From assembly GCA_030614005.1 (NCBI GenBank), contig JAUWKS010000012.1, forward strand, positions 30,001-62,000: 32,000 nucleotides of DNA, in the 5' to 3' direction. Source of the stretch: Candidatus Heimdallarchaeota archaeon (GTDB lineage Archaea; Asgardarchaeota; Heimdallarchaeia; JABLTI01). The position numbers were made by a program, and so were the translations under genes. The notes below the pieces were generated by a model that worked only from the letters and a program-made list of their open reading frames with translations, ran no database searches and was not told the DNA's origin. How positions within the stretch are numbered: position 1 is the stretch's first letter; each line of letters starts with the position of its first letter. Positions 28,039-32,000 of the stretch are shown piece after piece.

Positions 28039-28414
28039 GGATGATCAATTCTCCTTTAATTTTTTTATTCACGTGTAATATATACAATGTACTTGTTGTT
28101 ATAGTTTTCTTTGTTTCTTTAATACTTTTAAAGTAGAAGTGATTCTTCAGTTGGAGTTCGCTTATTCATATTCCACTGTTCGGCTATTTTTTTCTCTTCG
28201 TAATTTTGATTCAAAAGTAAATTTTTTTTCTTTTTTTATCCATTTATCATACGTTGTTTCAAGTCATTATTTTGATTATACCTTTTTTCATTTATTGGTA
28301 ATGCATCTGCCACTTAAATAACGTCCAAATTCGATGTTTGTACATCAATTATCTATCAAATTTCTTTTTTAAACCTCTAAACGAAAAGTGTTAATAAAAT
28401 AAAGTATCTCAACT

Positions 28415-28449
28415 GGAGGCCGTGGATTTAAATTCCACCCGGTCCACCA
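28415..28449 (+). repeat. tRNA-Ala 3'-end repeat, copy 5 (one mismatch)
   Basis: GGAGGCCGTGGATTtAAATTCCACCCGGTCCACCA; C>T at 28429. Confidence 0.93.
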
Positions 28450-28496
28450 ATTTTTCTTCATCAATAGTTTTTTATCTGTGTATTACCAATATATAG

Positions 28497-28724
28497 ATGA
28501 TATATATGGGTTACAAAACTCTTAGTGTTAGTGATGAGATTTACGATCTTCTTTGTGCTATGAAAGAAGATAATGAATCTTTCAATGAACTCTTTACTCG
28601 GCTCATTCGTGGTAGTGGCAAACATATATTAAAGTTTCATGGACAGCTTTCTGATTCAGCTGATTTTGATAAGATTATGGCCCGTATTTCAGATGAGCGA
28701 AAAAATGAGCAGGAACGTCTCTAA
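28497..28724 (+). CDS. vapB: VapB-type archaeal antitoxin
   Basis: KTLSVSDEIYDLL..MKEDNESFNELFTRLI; 2 bp upstream of a PIN gene. The start may be ATG 28506. Confidence 0.82.
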   Translation: MIYMGYKTLSVSDEIYDLLCAMKEDNESFNELFTRLIRGSGKHILKFHGQLSDSADFDKIMARISDERKNEQERL

Positions 28725-28726
28725 TC

Positions 28727-29125
28727 ATGGCTTCTTTTGTTCACTTTGACACTAATCTTGTTGTAGATTTTTTTAAGGGAACTTTTCCTCGAGCTGAATT
28801 TGAACCTTTGCTTTCACAGAATGTTGTCATGATTAGCGTACTTGTTGAATATGAATTGAGACTTGGTCAGAAATTATCTCAAAATCAAGATATTAAACAA
28901 TTACTTGCGGATTTTCTTGAATCCGTGCTCATAATTCCACTCTCATCTGAAATTGTGGCAAAAGCATGTGAGATACAATCACGACAAATTTCCTTAGGCA
29001 AACGATTACCATTAGTTGATCTCTTGATTGGAACAACATCTATCGTTCATAATGCAAAATTGCTTTCAAATGGTAGTGATATGCAAAAACTTATTGCATA
29101 TGGACTTGAAGTAGTTTCTTTTTAA
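28727..29125 (+). CDS. vapC: VapC PIN-domain toxin
   Basis: FDTNLVVDFF, SVLVEYEL, LVDLLIGTTSIVHNAKLLSNGSD. Confidence 0.88.
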   Translation: MASFVHFDTNLVVDFFKGTFPRAEFEPLLSQNVVMISVLVEYELRLGQKLSQNQDIKQLLADFLESVLIIPLSSEIVAKACEIQSRQISLGKRLPLVDLLIGTTSIVHNAKLLSNGSDMQKLIAYGLEVVSF

Positions 29126-29151
29126 TCTAAAAGTTTCGCTCGTTTAATATT

Positions 29152-29164
29152 GTGGATTCAAATT
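29152..29164 (+). repeat. Probable remnant (copy 6) of the tRNA 3'-end repeat at the right boundary of the island
   Basis: GTGGATTCAAATT, a 13-bp exact match to the T arm, located between vapC and the core-like GTPase gene. Confidence 0.6.
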
Positions 29165-29243
29165 GCTAATTCAAACTAAATATTGTGAAACAACTTTTTG
29201 ATAGAATTCTTTAGAGCAGTACTTATTTTTGAAAGAAATAATC

Positions 29244-30527
29244 TTAAAGCAGCTCATCTACACTTTTTCCTCTATTGTGTAGTCTCATCTTTAATTCGGT
29301 CATAAGATCGGATCTTTTTAATGTGCCGTCACCTACACTATCGGGTGATACGCTTAAAGCTTGATTGAGATATCTATTTAATTGTTGAATATTCTTTATT
29401 GAGCTTTCTTCAATTGAAGTGCAAATAACTGTACTTACATGCTCTGGTGATATTTTTTCAAAGAATATGTTATAAACATCAATCTTCAGATGCCCTTCAC
29501 CACCAATTCGTATTTTCCCTATTGTTTGCATATATTCTTCCAGGTTTATTTTAGTGAGCGTAATTTCAATTAATTGTAAAATCTCTGGGTTTGCTCCTCT
29601 TTGTACCGCACCGACTACTCGTTCCGCATTTTCTGTATAGACGGCTATTGCGGTTAATTCAGCATTATTATCCAAGGTTGCTCCAATGATATCTGATAAT
29701 CTTTCTGCTATTTTCTCTTGTATTCGCTTCGCCTCTTCTTTCTTCATTGGTTGAGCAATGTCCATGTCAGGAGGGGCTACATCAGTTATCGTTGATTCAA
29801 CTCTTTTTGGTGGTGCTACAGGAGGAGAAGGTGTTGTTTTTGGAGGGGCAACAGGTTTTGATGTAACGGGTTTTGTTAAAAAGTCGTCTTGTTTTTCAAC
29901 TGGTGGTGTCAGAGTTACTTTGTGAACTGGAGGAGAATGTGTTGCGGGTTGTTGTTGAACAGGTGGTAATACAGTTGCAGGTTGTTTTGACATTTTCTTT
30001 GGTAAAGTATCTAATAATATTCTTTGTAGAGTTTGATTCGAAGAGTCAGTATAGATGCTTGTAATGCTTTTTATAAGACCCCCTGGTATGAGTGCATCTA
30101 ATGGAGCGATTAGTTGAGCTAAGTGTGCTAAGCCGCTTTTTATTTGTGCTTCCAGTCCTGGGTCAATTTTATTGAACAAAATATATCCTTTCACATTTTT
30201 CAATTGGTCTGCAATGCTTTTCGTCCATAATATTAGAAAATTAGCTGCTTCTTCATATTTTGAAGCATTTTGTACATCAACGAAATACACGATAGCACTT
30301 AGATTTGCCACTAATTCCTTGTTCCCGATATATCCCTGCCTAAATTTCTTTCCTCCGCCGACATCAATAATCTCCACATCAGATCGTAGGAAATCGTGTT
30401 TGTATTTGGCAATTCCTCTTGTAGGTGGTATGTTTAGAAGCTGTGCTGGTGGTTTTTTTCCAAAGAATTTCTGATAGAGTGCCGTTTTCCCTGCTCCATC
30501 AATTCCAATAAAGAGTATTTTTTGCAT
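29244..30527 (-). CDS. Arf/Rag-like small GTPase with a Pro-rich linker and a C-terminal roadblock-like domain
   Basis: G1 GIDGAGKT, G2 PTRG, G3 DVGG, G4 NKID; P/T/V-rich linker; LTAIAVYTENAERVV...IFFEKISPEHVSTVIC. Confidence 0.85.
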   Translation of the reverse strand: MQKILFIGIDGAGKTALYQKFFGKKPPAQLLNIPPTRGIAKYKHDFLRSDVEIIDVGGGKKFRQGYIGNKELVANLSAIVYFVDVQNASKYEEAANFLILWTKSIADQLKNVKGYILFNKIDPGLEAQIKSGLAHLAQLIAPLDALIPGGLIKSITSIYTDSSNQTLQRILLDTLPKKMSKQPATVLPPVQQQPATHSPPVHKVTLTPPVEKQDDFLTKPVTSKPVAPPKTTPSPPVAPPKRVESTITDVAPPDMDIAQPMKKEEAKRIQEKIAERLSDIIGATLDNNAELTAIAVYTENAERVVGAVQRGANPEILQLIEITLTKINLEEYMQTIGKIRIGGEGHLKIDVYNIFFEKISPEHVSTVICTSIEESSIKNIQQLNRYLNQALSVSPDSVGDGTLKRSDLMTELKMRLHNRGKSVDELL

Positions 30528-30764
30528 TAGTTTTCACCAAAAGAGGGTAGTATTTACCAAGTATTTACTTGTATATGTCTTTTCTCTTATCCGTTGTTTT
30601 TTAGGTCTTACTATTTCGATGCTAATTGTTTCACAGCTATCTACTAATAATTCTAAAGTCAGTTAACCTAAATATCTTTTTTCCTCATAAAATTCTTATG
30701 TTTGAGGTAAAATTTTCCTATTAAATCTCTTCAAATGCCTATTTAGAACTATTTTTATTGCCGT

Positions 30765-31853
30765 TTGCTTGTTTTACTTATTACGCGAACTTTAGCTTTA
30801 GAGTTAGCTAACATGCTTTACTATGGAGGCAGCGTATTGATCCAAGCTTTATGGATAATTACAGAAACAGGTCAATGTATCTTTAGTCATAAATATGTGA
30901 AAATGGATATTGAAGACCAGCTGATTTCAGGACTTTTAACAGCGTTTAATGCTTTCTCAACTGAAAGCGGTATTGGCGGTATCCAACAAATAGGTGGCAT
31001 AGATAATCAATTTGTTTATGGTTCCGCAGGAAAGTTTCTTGTCGCAGCTTTAGCAGACACCAGAGATGATCCTGGTTTAGTTGAAAGTTTAATAAATAGA
31101 ATATCTGTTGCTTTTCAAGAGAAATATTCCAAGTATCTAACTGATGATATGTATATGGACCTTAATCTCTTCAATGGTTTTGAAACTGATATTGATCAAA
31201 TACTCTTTCCAAAAATTTTAGCTCGAGGTACTATGTCAACAATATTTGGTACCTTTGTTACTATGGCACTTACTATAGGCACATTATTTATTATGATACA
31301 AATTCCGAACATCTTTCCTAATTTGAATCAAGGTTTATTGAATAATCTCGCTTATCTAATTTTTCTTGCTTGTGTTCCCGGCTTTTTTGTTGGTGCAATT
31401 ACAGCAGGAACAAGAAAATATGCTTTGATTGCTAATACCATTGGTATACTTCCAGTAATCGGTTATTTTGCTTATGATATTGCCGTTTCTGGTATTTTAT
31501 TAGGAGATACTTCTAATTTAGCTACCACCATTCCTATTGTGTTACTTATGGCAGAGCAATATATTGCTATTGCACTCTTATCGGCAATTATTGGTGGAGG
31601 AATGATTGAACGAAAAAAACTCTTCCAATTTTCAGACAATATTGAAAGAGTTGAAGATGATCAAATTCCAAGTTTGAACGAAATTTATGAGCAATCACAA
31701 GAAGCTACACTTCAACAAGAAGTTTACACACCGGATACTACTCCAACAGAAGATTACTATACGAGTAGCTCTTTTGCTGACCAACAACAAGTACCAACAA
31801 CACCTCCTCCTCCCCCCCAAGATTATCAACAACAAGATTGGGAAAATCAATAG
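30765..31853 (+). CDS. Longin-like domain fused to a multi-pass membrane region
   Basis: LWIITETGQCIFSH...DQLISGLLTAFNAFSTE; four to five hydrophobic helices; low-complexity Q/P/D tail. The start is probably downstream of the TTG. Confidence 0.65.
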   Translation: MLVLLITRTLALELANMLYYGGSVLIQALWIITETGQCIFSHKYVKMDIEDQLISGLLTAFNAFSTESGIGGIQQIGGIDNQFVYGSAGKFLVAALADTRDDPGLVESLINRISVAFQEKYSKYLTDDMYMDLNLFNGFETDIDQILFPKILARGTMSTIFGTFVTMALTIGTLFIMIQIPNIFPNLNQGLLNNLAYLIFLACVPGFFVGAITAGTRKYALIANTIGILPVIGYFAYDIAVSGILLGDTSNLATTIPIVLLMAEQYIAIALLSAIIGGGMIERKKLFQFSDNIERVEDDQIPSLNEIYEQSQEATLQQEVYTPDTTPTEDYYTSSSFADQQQVPTTPPPPPQDYQQQDWENQ

Positions 31854-31880
31854 ACAATTTATCTTCTAAAGTGATTATCA

Positions 31881-32000
31881 ATGAGCAAAAAAAACGAGTT
31901 AGATAACAATCCACATCAAGAGGAAATTTCTAACTCAGAAGAAGAAATTATCTATACTGCTCTAGGTAGTCAAATTAGAAGAGACATTCTTTCTTTTATT
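31881..32000 (+). CDS. ArsR-like winged HTH protein (partial; runs off the window end)
   Basis: MSKKNELDNNPHQEEISNSEEEIIYTALGSQIRRDILSFI resembles the IFKALSHPIRRKIL start of ArsR-type domains. Confidence 0.55.
   Translation, partial: MSKKNELDNNPHQEEISNSEEEIIYTALGSQIRRDILSFI

Noticed and set aside
28079-28414. ORF 28139-28321 and fragmented minus-strand frames in module 4
   Set aside because: Low-complexity, stop-interrupted sequence with no identifiable family; possibly a decayed gene.
21074-28449. Additional tRNA genes at repeat copies 2-5
   Set aside because: Only the T arm and 3' acceptor strand are present; the 5' strand, D arm and anticodon arm are missing.
4716-29151. Tyrosine or serine integrase, including an SSV-type integrase split by the att site
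   Set aside because: No ORF shows R...HxxR...Y or serine-recombinase motifs, and I saw no sizeable ORF fragments crossing the repeats. A very diverged remnant cannot be excluded.
4684-29164. Calling the repeat series a CRISPR array
   Set aside because: The repeats are tRNA 3' ends and the intervening DNA is 0.7-16 kb of genes, not 25-50 bp spacers. No true CRISPR array is visible in the window.
1217-31869. Short ORFs overlapping longer genes (e.g. 1217-1507, 5197-5508, 16034-16444, 19515-19898, 22349-22654, 23316-23771, 27369-27563, 30172-30474)
   Set aside because: Antisense or alternate-frame shadows of well-supported genes with no motifs. 27369-27563 merely reads through repeat copy 4.

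Overview
AT-rich archaeal chromosomal window. The flanks carry longin/roadblock-type proteins and an Arf/Rag-like small GTPase, which suggests an Asgard archaeon (inference). Between them lies a ~24.5 kb accessory island anchored at an intron-containing tRNA-Ala(UGC) (4604-4714). The 3' end of this tRNA recurs as a direct repeat four more times (21074, 24646, 27390, 28415), with a 13-bp remnant at 29152. These copies divide the island into five modules of decreasing size (~16.4, 3.5, 2.7, 1.0, 0.7 kb). The tRNA-proximal module has no recognisable tyrosine or serine integrase. It does encode what I read as a highly diverged stand-alone Cas1 (8335-9831), with no CRISPR array, cas2 or PolB. This gene sits in a tightly coupled six-gene operon with an SF2 helicase, a metallophosphoesterase, a degenerate Hel308-like/Cys-rich protein and a wHTH protein, preceded by a candidate structured RNA. 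The same module also carries a LAGLIDADG-HTH protein, a twin PD-(D/E)xK protein, an AbrB regulator and an MmeI-like R-M enzyme. Distal modules hold a truncated copy of module 1's left end, secreted/surface proteins, a UvrD helicase and two toxin-antitoxin pairs. Lead hypothesis: a Cas1-linked element family repeatedly integrates at, and duplicates, the tRNA-Ala 3' end, building a polar array of gene-sized cassettes. All protein calls come from motif recognition by eye; no database searches were run.
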